Source: Vicugna vicugna
Taxonomy: Eukaryota
Direction: 5' to 3'
Assembly: GCA_013265495.1 (NCBI GenBank)
Contig: MU061056.1
Span: forward strand, 1,102,815-1,166,814
Length of the DNA stretch: 64,000 nucleotides
Part shown: positions 52,260 to 64,000 of the stretch, one piece after another
How positions within the stretch are numbered: the stretch's first letter is position 1
Layout of the letters: each line of letters opens with the position of its first letter
The notes under the pieces: model-generated
Told to the model about the DNA's origin: nothing
Databases searched by the model: none
Seen by the model: the letters and a program-made list of their open reading frames with translations, nothing else
Translations under genes and position numbers: made by a program

Positions 52260-52770
52260 GTGGCTGGTGGAAATGACCTTTCTTCCGCTGCATGGCCTGC
52301 AGTTGACACTCTTGGTTGCCTACCTACCATATTGCCACCTCATCCCCTTTTTCCTGATAGAAACTTAATTTTTTTCATCTCCCCACCAGACCTAGATTTT
52401 GTTTAAAGCACCTGTATTTTCCCTTATTGTTACTGGTCCACAGTAGACATGTCTCCTAAGTTTGTCTAACAAAACTGAAAGACCTGGCTTTTAGTCCATG
52501 ATAGTGGGTGGGCATCTCTCTCTCTGTTTCTGGAATGTAAATAAACTTGCACCTACAATCTATCCTCAAGCCATGGAGGAACTGGTCTTAGAATGAGGCT
52601 TGCTGAAGTTGGCTTGGATCGAGGAGTACTGCCATGATTACACTGAAATGTTGAATTAAATAACCCTGAAACCTGTGTTACATTTGAATTCCTGTTATGT
52701 AATATCATAAAGTCATCTCATACTAAAGCTGTTTGAAGTCGTGTTCTGTTCTATTGTCACAAAGCACCCT
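52260..52770. mobile_element. Old MaLR/ERVL-type LTR (subfamily uncertain) between L2 segments
   Basis: Ends 'ctaaagctgtttgaagtcgtgttctgttctattgtcacaaagcacccta', typical of MLT1H/J/K-like 3' ends. Confidence 0.55.
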
Positions 52771-52779
52771 AATTTGCAC

Positions 52780-54070
52780 ATAGCTCCAGTGGACCACATT
52801 TTCCACTTCTGATTCAGTCCTCCAGCCATTCCAACCCACAACTCCCAAATAAACAGCTCTGGCTAAGATCACCAGTGCATTTTCACCAAGTTCCAGATTG
52901 ACTATTTTCTTCTTCTGTTAACTGATTCTTCATTAGTACTCCTTGCTTCTTCAAATACGACTTGCCATTGGAATTTTGGCAGTACAGTTCCTGGTTCTTT
53001 TCTTAACCTTAACATTAATACTTTTCCTATGCAATTCTGTGTCACAGAACTCCCACCAGAGTCCAGATGTGTAAATCAGTTTTATTTTTCCATTTGATGT
53101 CTCTCCAAGGATGGTTCTCAATATCTTACAGTCATGTCCAAAACTGAGTTTATCATGCTTCCCCTCTTTACTCTGGATCTCTGATTTTATCCTTCTGTGT
53201 TATCCTCTCCTGGCTGATTATTTTTCTGACCACTAAGTTACTCATGATGGAAACTTGTCATCCTAGATGCCTCTCTTCCTCCCACGCCCAGTGTCCACTG
53301 GGCACCCAAGTTAATTAAATGTTCCTCGAGTCACTCCTTTCCTCTCCATCCCTATTACTCTGCCCAAGATCAAACTCTGCAGGTCTCTTCTCTGGACCCT
53401 TACAGTAACCTCTATCTGCCAACCTCTGTTGTTATGGCCTTTAAAATGATCTTTCATCATGTTTCCACCCAGAATACATTTTAGAAGTGAAAATGTGATC
53501 GTATTAGCTCCCCTGCCTCTAAAAATGTTACTTACATGTGGTTTTCTGTAGCATCGAGCAAATACCCCCTCACAGAGCACAAGTCTTGACATTGCTTTTG
53601 AGCAGGCTTCGTTGTTGGTCCTCATACTTCATCTCCTCCGTAGCAGCCATACCAGACTGTCCACTACGATGCTTTACGTTTATGTGTTTTCCAGGTTTGC
53701 AGCACTCTTGTCCTTATGACCAATTAACACACTGTTTCTCTTACCTAGTTTTAATTCTTCTTCTGAGTATATTTGATCTCTCCCTTTTTTTGATCATCCC
53801 CACTACTTATGTATATATATATCTGTAGTATAGCATTTAACACACTATATCACACATGTAATCATTGATGTGTCTTTCATACTTGATTTTAAGTTCCCTC
53901 AGGAGAGCAGCAGTCTTATCACAGGATCTCCCTCATTTTTTAGTGAGGAAGCGGTGAAAGGATTCAGTTTCTTCACAATCCTTCTATTATGCTCAGTAAT
54001 TCCAAAGTGTCGATCTTACAATGTTTTCCCAAATGAAAAGAAAGTGCTTTTCTCTCACAGATCTATTTTA
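52780..54070. mobile_element. Long L2 fragment through its 3' end
   Basis: Pyrimidine-rich L2 text 'ccagagtccagatgtgtaaatcag...catttgatgtctctccaagg...catgtccaaaactgagttt...caagatcaaactctgcaggtctcttctctggacc...taagttccctcaggagagcag'. Confidence 0.75.
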
Positions 54071-54379
54071 ATCAATATTTAGTAGCTGCCTGCAACTCTA
54101 TTGAGAAAACTCCCTTTGGAGCTAAGTTCAGCTGGAGAGCATCTTCGTCAGTTAGAATGAGCACACAATCTCTTTCTTTTGTTCTAAAGGTTTTACTTCT
54201 TAGGTATGGTTATTATTTTCTATAGTCTGCGAGTATCCGTTAGGTATACAGAATTATATTAAGCATTTTTCCCAGGGAAGTGATCACTAATTTGAATTTT
54301 CAGATTATCAAATTTAGTAGCAGAGCCCCAGGGTCAGCTAAGGCTTTCACAGACTTACTCTGGTAATCAAATTATTGGT

Positions 54380-54730
54380 TCTTGATTAGAATATACATTC
54401 TGTTTTGGAGGTGGGGGTGGTTGCATGTAGTATCCTAAAAATGTCAATTAAGTCTAACTTCTCTAGTGTGTCATTTAGGGGCTCTGTGGCCTTACTGATT
54501 TTCTCTCTGAAAGGTCTGTCCATTGATGTGAGTGGAGTGTTAAAGTCTCCTACTATTATAGTATTCCCTTTCTCCCTTTATGTCTGTTAGTATTTGTTTT
54601 ATGTATTAAGGTTCTCTTATATTGGGTGCACCTTTTGTATGTTAATGAATGTAATATCCTCTTCTTAAATTGCTCCTTTTATCATTATATAGTATTCTTC
54701 TTTATCTTGTTTTATGGCCCTGGTTTTAAT
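54380..54730 (-). mobile_element. L1 ORF2 endonuclease-domain fragment
   Basis: Minus-strand translation near 54560-54515 gives TIIVGDFNTPLTSMDR, the conserved L1 APE endonuclease motif. Confidence 0.9.
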
Positions 54731-57700
54731 ATTGGTTCTTCATTAAACAAGGGAATGTTTAGAAGCTGATTGAGCTATTTTGAATTTTCAGCTCCATTTT
54801 AAATACTGAGTACTGTGAAAATACCTTATTAATGTTTCTAATGTGTAGACTGTTCTTCCAACTATCTATTGGCCTAAATACCAGTCTTCAACCTCAACTC
54901 CTCAAAGAATAATAAGACCTTTTAGATGCATGATGAGCACACCATTCTCTGGCATTTTGTTTAATCATCTGAGTCACTGATTAAGAACTTGTCCTATGGT
55001 CTCACATTCTTTCATGATCTTTCCTTAAATAGATCATAGGCTACAGAAAGGCAAGTCACATTTTTAAATAAATATAAATTGTATCTATAATTCTAACACA
55101 TTCTAAGCAGTTGATAACTGGTGAATATTATGAAGATATTCTACATGCTATAAAATAATCTGTGGTTATATGCTTCCCCTTTAAAAATCAACCTGAAATT
55201 TTGGAGAATTGTGCATGATAAAAAAAAATCTTGGTTATTCTTTGTTTAAGATTGTAATTCCAAAATTACTCTATTAAAACATGAATGAAAGAATAAAAAT
55301 AATTTTTACCACTTTGTTTTAATTAGCACTGAGTGCTTACTCATCTCAAGTGAGAATCATAATAAATGTCACTGTTCAGTAAAACGAGAGAAAAAAAATC
55401 CCTTGACTCTGAACTCAGCTGTTCTCTCAGGTTTACTGTGCAAGAAACACTGCAGGCAAGTCTTATACTGAGACCCTGGGGCAATAAAGACTCCAGAGAC
55501 ACCTTGGAGGATGCTCTTTGCAGCTGGAGTTTTCTTAACTTAAAAGTAGACCATGACACTTTGCCCCAAGCTACTTCCCCGAGGCCACGCTTTTGGCCAT
55601 GCTGTAATGGCGGTGCCTTCATGTCTAAAACTGGGGGCTGGAAAATTCTCTTCCTTATTGCTTACAAGTGTTTCTCCCTGGAAGATAAACATAACCCTGG
55701 GCCTTCCTCCAAAGAGTATGTCAAGGTATGAGAAACAGATTACATCTGCTACTCCTGTGCCTGTTGAGTGATCATTTTAGAGTCCAAGATTAGTAGGAAA
55801 ATGTAAATCACTAAGTCATTTCTGAATAGGAATCTTCAAGGATTGTAGGCAGAATTTTCTGAAATTCATTTAGCACCTTGGCAACCTTTTTCTCACTATT
55901 CTGTTCCAGACAATGTGTGTTCTTAAGAGTTGATGTACCAAAAAAGATACGGATTCTGAACAGTTTCTAATCTCACTTCATCTGGCTTTCTTATCAATCC
56001 TTATCCAATACATTTTTACCAATGAGAACCTTTACAGGACTTTCTCAGGTATAATGTTATAACTGGGCCATCTCTTCTTTAAAAAAAAAGTGCTGAAATT
56101 AGTGTCATAATTTGAAGTAAACATTCAAATCTACACCACATGCCTTTTAAGGGGAAATGTAGCAAAAGTCATTGCAGAGAACAAAGGTTAGGAGAGATAC
56201 TATCTTTGAATATCGATAGATGAGAGCTCTGTATGAAAAGTTTCTGAACATAGTTACTTAAGGAATTTGGTATGTGAAGATGATCAAAATGTGTATTAAA
56301 TTTATTTCATATTTTTTCCTCCATGCTAAATGTGATGACTTTACAGAAATACCACTACCAAAAAAGAAAAAAAAAGTATTGAAATTTAGTTGCTGTTTGA
56401 AACCTGGTGTCTCTTATCCACCAGAGCAGCCAGAGTGGACTTGCCTCCTGGACAGTTGATAGCAGGTGATCATAATTAGCACCGAAAGACTTATCAGTGT
56501 GGAAAAAATACTAACTTAACAAACCATTAGAAGGTGAACTTGACTCAATGAGCAGTGAAAAACCTCTGAGGCAAAAATGGCCCATTTTCCCATCATTGAT
56601 TTTCACTGTCCATTGAGCCATGTTTTAACATTTATTTTCTGTTGCATTTTCCTGGTTGTGGGTAGGTTCCTTCATCCAGCAGATTCCACACTGACCTCAA
56701 TTACTCCCAGATTTGGGACTACTGAGGGTTACTCTTGAATTCTGTAAGTTATACATAAAATACACCAATGGACTCTAGCTAACCTCGCGGAAGAAGTCTC
56801 CTGGGAACAGTTTTCAGAAATCAAATTGACATGATGAAGACTATTTAAAAAGGAAATGTGTTTATGTTATGTTCTGAAGTTGGTGTATTTTTAGCATCGC
56901 ATAATGCTGACTGGATATTTTTTCCTCAGGGATTTTACTATGTTCATATTACTATTGTCATTAATAGGACATGTGGAACCTCAGGTAGCTGTAAACACTG
57001 CTCATCCCTTGATCACCAAACGTAAGAACGAAAGCATCTACAGTAGCTAGGGAAGCAAGGGAAGAAAAAATTGGAACGTTTTATTTTGGTACATGGGATA
57101 ACACTGGAAAGGGATGGTAAAGTCCAAGAGACAGAAGAGAAAGTGGCTGTCAGCTTTAAATAAACATTACTACTCATTTTAAGTTGGAAGGCTTTTACGG
57201 TGACATCACAACAGCTATCTCTACCGCAAGACTAAGTTCTGATGCAATCGTGATTTTTCTGTATTCTTTCCAGTGGTCACCAGGACCCAGCACAATGCCC
57301 AGAACTTAGTTGCTTCTCAGTTAATACTAAGTGAACTCATGGATAAAATCATTAATCTAGGTACATGTGATTGGGCTAGAGTCAAATTTGAAATGCGAAG
57401 CACATTTAAAATGTAATTTGTAGGTAATGATATGAACAGTAGAAAAGGGAAAAATCAATTGAATTGTTGATACTGAAATATATATTATGCCAAACAGTAA
57501 GTATTTATTTAGTGCTTTTTGGCCCAGAAGTCATTTGGAACCCTGAGGAATACACGCAAATTCACTCATGCAAACACTGAGCACACAAGTGAACACGTGC
57601 AAATGGCACACCCGTTGCTTTTCTAGCTTTATGTTTCCCTAAGTATTTTTACTTAAATTATCTCATTAAGGAATTGAATCCTTTTCATGTATTTACATTT

Positions 57701-57960
57701 CTTTTTTTTTAAACTTTTTTTATTGAGTTATAGTCAGTTTACAATGTTGTGTCAAATTCCAGTGTAGAGCACAATTTTTCTGTTATACATGAATTTACAT
57801 ATGTTCATTGTCACATTGTTTTGCTGTGAGCCAACACAAGATCTTGTATATATTTTCCTGTGCTACACAGTACAATCTTGTTTATCTAGTCTACATTTTG
57901 AAATCCCAGTCTGTCCCTTCCCTTCCCCTCCCCCTTGGCAACCACAAGTTTGTTTTCTAT
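57701..57960 (-). mobile_element. 5'-truncated camelid-type L1 3' end (related subfamily)
   Basis: Poly-T plus 'ttattgagttatagtcagtttacaatgttgtgtcaaattccagtgtagagcacaatttttc...'; shares blocks with 785-974; possible TSD atttctt. Confidence 0.85.
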
Positions 57961-58479
57961 GTATATTTCTTGATTGCACCAAATAAATGAAGTCCTACTC
58001 AACATCATGTTTGCTGAATAGATCAAACAACCACTAAAATTTAGACCCCATAATTACTAAACCATTTTGTGCTTTATAGTTGTGCACTTTAGACTAATAT
58101 TGATGGCACTATTCTGCTCACAAGGGAGACATTGTGTGTGTGGTTTCTCTAAACAGGCAGCTGTAGCATTTGCTTTCATTTTTTGAGTGATGCTACTTAC
58201 TCTAACTTATGTTCATGTGCCTAGAACACCAATGTGAACAGAATTTCTTAATAAATAGAACAGATTGAAGGATGGATTTTGGAGTGGCTCAAGTGAAGGG
58301 AGAATCTGGGGGGTAATTAGTTGTCTTTATTTGAATTTCGTAAAGGAAGCTAAAGTAATGTTAACATGCCCTGAAGAAGTTAGTGTTCAGACGGAAGGAA
58401 ACGTCCCTCTGAACTCTCTGTTAATGACATTTCACCTGGAATTATCTGTGCTCAGAGCATGTGGGTTCATAGTCTGAAA

Positions 58480-58642
58480 CAGTGGTCCTCAACCAGAGAC
58501 CCTCAGTGTCTAATGAGTACTGTGCACATCTAGGGAGTAGAGGCCAGAGATGATGCTACACATACTGCAGTGTGTTGGATGCTCTTCCACAGCAAAGAAT
58601 TATCCAGCCCAGAATGTAAATTGTGTTGAACATGAGAAACTG
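58480..58642 (+). mobile_element. MER20 relic
   Basis: 'cagtggtcctcaacc...catctagggagtagaggccagagatgatgcta...caaagaattatccagcccagaatgtaaa...gagaaactg'. Confidence 0.8.
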
Positions 58643-58649
58643 GTTCAAA

Positions 58650-58940
58650 ACAGCTTGCAGGTCAAATCTGGCCCACATCCTATTTTGTTAAAACCTAGGA
58701 GTTAATGACAATTTTATCATTTATAAATAGTTGAAGAATTTTAATGATACTTATGACACACAAGAAGCATATAAATACAAATATCAGTGCCTGTAAATAA
58801 AGTTGTATTTTAACATAGCCATGGGGTTGCTACGGCTGCTTTGGTCACAAGAGTCGAAAAGCTTTGGCAGTAACTGTTTGGACCACAAACCCTAAAATGT
58901 TTGCTCTCTGGCCCTTTACAGAATAAGTTTGTCAATCTCT
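58650..58940 (+). mobile_element. MER58-like hAT relic
   Basis: 'gcaggtcaaatctggccca...aataaagttgtattttaacatagcca...ctaaaatgtttgctctctggccctttacagaataagtttgtcaat'. Confidence 0.75.
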
Positions 58941-61900
58941 CCTCTAGAAAGTACAGAAAAAAGTGTATTCATAGTAAGTGACAAGAATACTCAGGGATTT
59001 GGGAAGTGTGACATAGTGAGATGTTTTATTGCTTTTACTTATTTCCTACAGGACAAGTTCTAGGTCTTATTCATCTATTATTATTTTTATTGTTATTATT
59101 ATTCCACAGAAAACTACTCTTTGCATATAGCAGATCCTCAATTGAACTTTGTCATTGTAAAGAGAAAAAAGGCAAACAAATAAACTTATTTATATCATAG
59201 GAAGAAAGGGCATACAATATTGCACATTCTTTGTGAAGAGATTCAAATTTCTCATGACCAATAAAATGTATACTTTTCAGGGCTCTGTATTTATTCATTC
59301 TTTTGTTATAACTAAGAATGAGGTAAAGATAGAATTTATTTTGTAGAAAGAATTTAGCGAGCATGTAGAGTACATAAGATTGGCATTTTTCTAGAGAAGA
59401 TACTTTTTTCATAAACATTTCAATATTATTGATGAGCAAATTACGTAGAAATAAAAGAGGGAAAAGTATGAAACACAATTTGAACATAGAACAAAGAATA
59501 TTTTAATATAAAGTAGGTTTATCAAGGAAAATTCTTCTAAGAAGGAGAATTTTGATCAACATTTAAAATAAATTATTGACATATAATGGTGGTAAAGAGA
59601 CACAAATATTCCTCCAGGTGATGGAAAAACTATGGAGAAACACTTTGATAAAAAGGATTATAATGATTTAACTAGTTGTTGTGTAATGATAGTTGGATAT
59701 TGTGCAAAGCCTGCTGGTCTACCCAACCAGTGTCTGCTGAGTGCCTGCCATGAAAAAACCCCCTTCTCTTGGCACCCAGCAGTATATGGAAGTTTAGATA
59801 ATGGTGTTTACTCTGTAAGGGGGTCCACCTACTGATGAGAAAGGGTATTCAGAACGGGTCGAAGTATGCCAGCTTGAACAAGAATTCTGGTAACACTGTC
59901 TGGAAGAAGAGGAATGTAATGGGCCTTTGAAGGATATTTTTCCATGAAGAAAATTCTGTTTTCTATGTAGGATATTTTTAGAAGGTTTTACAGGGAAGCA
60001 GTGGTGACATGAGTGGAATTACATTGCTTGTATTTGTCTACGTATATACAAGTGCACTGTTAATTTTGATATCTGGCTTTCAGTTTTGACCTACATAATA
60101 GTTGTGAGGTTTAAATAAGGTCTTGTTTGCAAAACTTTTAGTAGAGAATTGAGCATACATTACAAGATCAATGAATATTGATGAGGCTAATGGAAGTGAT
60201 GATGATAACTGCAGAGATGAAGAAACAGAAGATAAAAAGCAGAGGCTTAGAAAGAGCTAGAGGTAAAAGGAAAGGAAAAAGAGAAAAAAGAAAACATATT
60301 TTGGTCAAAATCTTCATGCTCTTTAAAATGGATTAAATGTAGAAGGGAATAGAGGAGGGAAAAAATAAAAATTTGTGTTACTTAAGAGCAGCTAAGGCAA
60401 CAGAAGAGAAGATGGAGAGAGAAGGATGAATTTGTTGGAGTTTTCAAAACAATGTTTGGTAGCTTAAATATCAAACTTGGGTGATTGCATAGTGAAGTAA
60501 TCAGAAGAAGTGGGTAAGTTTGAGTAAGTCCTTTTGGGGACAAAGAAAACAGACAGGTAATGTTCAGAAATGCTGTAAAATGATAGCAAAAGCATCACTA
60601 TGAAAATAACTCATCAACTCTTGGACATAGAGGATTGAAGATCACACTGGGTCTCTTGGTACCAGTTTGAGACTCATCTTACTATAATTGGAAGCTCGGA
60701 AGTAAGATGACTTTACAAACTGAACTTAGAGAAGGGTTGTTTGTTTCTGCTTAGCTCTTCTTCAGCAGTCAGGATTCTTTTTCATCTCAGTCTTCTAACC
60801 TAATTTGTGGTTCCCTCAGCCACTATGGGACATAGAGATACCTACCTTTTCCAGAAATAAAGCATTTGATTTGCACACATGTATATGTGCACACTCACAC
60901 ACATGTGCTCAAACACAAATGTTTATTTCTAAATATATGCAAGCTTAACTGAAAAGGTGCATGTAATATCCAGTGGGGAAGGGTGAATTCAGAGTCATGT
61001 CTCCCCGACTTACTGGCTTTACACAAGTCAGCAAGATACTTACTCTCTGTGTGTCCATTTTCGTGTCTGGAAAAACATTCGTATCTATCACACCCGGTAG
61101 TGAGGAAGCTGAAATGGTTTATAGAAAGCGCTTTTCCAGCCATAAAGGTATAAACATAAGATGGTTGTAGTGTCATACAGAGTAACAGCAGACATCAGTC
61201 AATCCACTTTTCACTTTAGGTATTGCTCTGCCTCTTCCTCTTGCACAAATAACAATAGTTGATTTACACCATTTTTTCCCACAGTTCTTTTGTCTTTTGT
61301 CCTAGCAGTTCAACATAGGGCAAAGATCTAAAAACATATACAGACATCTAGACTTGTAAATCAGAAATCCAGACTTCTTCTAAGTGAGTAACTGCATAAA
61401 GTATATTAGGTTTATGAAAAAATGATTATAAAGGTTACCTCCAATCCTTTATGAGTAGATACAGTAAAATCACATTTATTTTATGACTCTGTCATTTCAA
61501 GAGTGATATACATGCTTCTTATTGGATAAAGCTTCAAATTGATGAAGTATTTTTATTTATGGAGCATTTTACATACTATTTCCCATTGTCAGTTTATTTC
61601 CTTTCCATTAGCTACTTGCTCTTATGTAGAGGTTTGCTCAGCCAGCATCGATTGAATGGCACCTACTGTGGCCAACTCTGGAATAAAGACTCTGGAGAAG
61701 CAAAGAAAATAAGCTGTCTTTCTACCTTTAGAGAAATTATATTTTGTTAATTTCCTTCATTTATGTATTGCATTATTTGTATCTATTTAGAACCTACTGA
61801 GACTTGTTACATTTAAGAGACTCTATATTAGTATAAACATTCAAATACTTAAGAATTATAAAAAATCAGCATTTCTGTTAAAATATTTTAATTTTTCTCA

Positions 61901-63232
61901 GTAAAAATGATCAGATCAGTTTATCAAATTATTTAAAGTTTAAGCATTACATTTCATCTTTTTTTTCTCCTCTAGACAGTGTAGCACAGCACATGGGATT
62001 TCAGTGTTTTCCAATTTGGATCACATTAGATTTTGTAAAAGTTAGGAAATACAAAAAAAAAGAAAATATTTCCTCTCTTTAGTAAGTTCAAATTAAAAAA
62101 GCAGCTACCATTTTTGAAGACTTGAAGCCCCATACATTATAAATTTAGTGATTTAACATACTGTAAATGAACCCTAGGATGGTGAAGAGTATAAACATTT
62201 ATTTTAATAGATTCATGGATCTTTGCGGGGAATAGAGGGAATAGATATTTTATCTGAATTCCTGGCTTTTGTTCTTACCTAAATTATTAAACATACAATT
62301 TAACATAAACCAGAGAAGTACTTAAAATTACATAGGCATGCTAATCATGGGGAAAAATACCTTTCAAGGCCCAAACGATAAACACGATATTTGAGAATTG
62401 CTTTTTAAAATTTTATGTCGTATTTCTCATTACAAGTGTTGTAATAAAGTTTTTATTGCTAAAACTTAGTACAGAATTAGGTCATTCATAAATCTGTTAC
62501 AATTAATGTTTCAGGACAAAATAAAAATAAAGATCTCTTGTTCTTTTAATAAATACCCAAAGTATAAAGTACTTCTGTTATAACTCTGTTCCTACTGGCA
62601 AGATCTTTTATAAGTCTATCAACAGTTGTCTCAATAACATGCCAGATTTTTACCTAAGAGCTATTTTTATTCAAGTTTCATACATTTTTCTTATAAAATC
62701 TCTTGGGTAACTTAAGTAAAATGTGTTACTTGGATTTGCTCAGCATTTAAGAGTGATAAGAAATTCAATTAAAAACTCACCAGATTGTGAAAGAACAACA
62801 GCTAGGTGTAAAAGACCATCTCTCTTTTTCCCAAAGACAGAATTCTAGAGATATTTGGAAGGTGCAGAGCTAATGGTATTCAATAAATGAATGAGTGAGT
62901 GGAATGGATGAGTGAAAAAAATGAAAACAATTTACCTTACTGGTGTAGTTACGGGATTTGCATTTGTTTTTCAGTTGGAAAGCCAGTCTTTAAGTAGCAT
63001 GTGTATAAAACTGACATTTCATAAGATGCATCCAAAACATGGTTCGCAGAGGTTTACCAAACGAAGGTCCGCAGCGGTGTGATGCAACTTTTCTCGAACC
63101 AGCAGAAGAGACACCTAATATGTAGCACAATACCATTTTTAGAAGTTTCTCCAACCCAGATTTTGAGAGCCATAAAAAAGCAATTTCAGTACCTAAGTCA
63201 GCAAGGTCAGTAACGTTCTCCTCATGACTCAC

Positions 63233-63531
63233 GTTTTGCAGTAGTAGTACATTTTGAACATCATATTTCATCTCATCAGGTTTCTGGTTGGAACCATAAC
63301 ATTGCCAGATTTTCCAGTTCCCAGTACCCGTCATTGGAAGGCTGCGGGAGAAGACTGTTCTAGGGGGTGATCTGTGACTGTGAGAAGAGCCCACTGTGGG
63401 TTCTCGCTTAGATGAGAAATGTTGAACCATGAGGAACTTTATGGGCTGCAACTCCAAAGAGGATTTGTAAGACCAAAAAGAGATTTCTTCCAAGTCAACA
63501 TTTTCAATGGGAATAACCAGGACATTTTTGT
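63233..63531 (-). other. Candidate 299-nt exon inside a long stop-free frame (unknown product)
   Basis: Acceptor 'tcttttgcttatgatgtgtttcag|A' and donor 'AAC|gtgagt'; only one frame is open; no homology recognised. Confidence 0.25.
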
Positions 63532-64000
63532 CTGAAACACATCATAAGCAAAAGATGCTGTCTTGGTGGGTGTTTTTTTTTTGTTTGTTTGTTTTTTTTT
63601 GTTCTCTTGTTTTTCCCTCAGAAGAAGGCACTGAGATAAGAATTTATGTAAGCCACATCTGTGGGAGGTGATCTGTGTGCCCGGTGTTCCAGTGTGGGAG
63701 TGAGCAAGGACAGGGGAGGGGAGGTGTTAGAGGCTTTGTTACCCAGCAAGTTGTGATCCTGGAAGACTGAAATCTGTCAGGATGGGGAATTCTGGGAGGT
63801 AGAACACACCTCAGAGATTTATTCTAAACAAGCCGAAACCACTGGAATATTTCTCCACCCAATCCATGTCCTTCATGGGTTGAGAGCTGCCTCCAGTGAC
63901 ATCGAAGTTCTGGCAGGGCAGCCTTTGCTTCAGCAAACAGAGAAAGAATGTGATCAGGGGCCGATTGGCAGGTGTTCTCAGTGTCCTGTCAAGGGGACTT

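Noticed and set aside
59790-59900. Minus-strand acceptor (ctcttcttccag) as the next exon after 63233
   Set aside because: The phase-0 reading stops after 16 codons and the other frames do not match the phase; no independent support
1-64000. CRISPR arrays, tRNA/rRNA genes, prokaryotic-type systems
   Set aside because: No regularly spaced repeat-spacer array or RNA-gene structure seen; the sequence is clearly mammalian, repeat-rich DNA

Overview
AT-rich mammalian genomic DNA, most likely camelid. This is inferred from young L1 3'-end copies resembling alpaca/camel L1 families and from the absence of recognisable Alu, Bov-tA or Can-SINE elements. I found no protein-coding gene that I recognise, no RNA gene and no CRISPR array. 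The main functional landmark is a CpG-rich promoter at about 9.8-10.5 kb, carrying an NRF1-like site, a perfect CRE, a GC box and a first-exon splice donor at 10153/10154. Downstream of it lie several plus-strand candidate small exons, suggesting the 5' end of a long gene or lncRNA that continues beyond the window. The rest is typical intron/intergenic sequence: MIR, L2, L1, an RTE-like fossil, MaLR/ERVL/ERV1 solo LTRs, MER20/MER53/MER58 DNA-transposon relics, microsatellites and two N gaps. The best leads are splice-signal patterns on both strands, a non-repeat CpG-enriched block at 45-46.4 kb with a stop-free frame of at least 186 codons, and very short L1 insertions with target-site duplications. 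All are hypotheses, and nothing here convincingly shows a new biological system. Repeat family names come from remembered consensus features, not a database search, and repeat boundaries are approximate.
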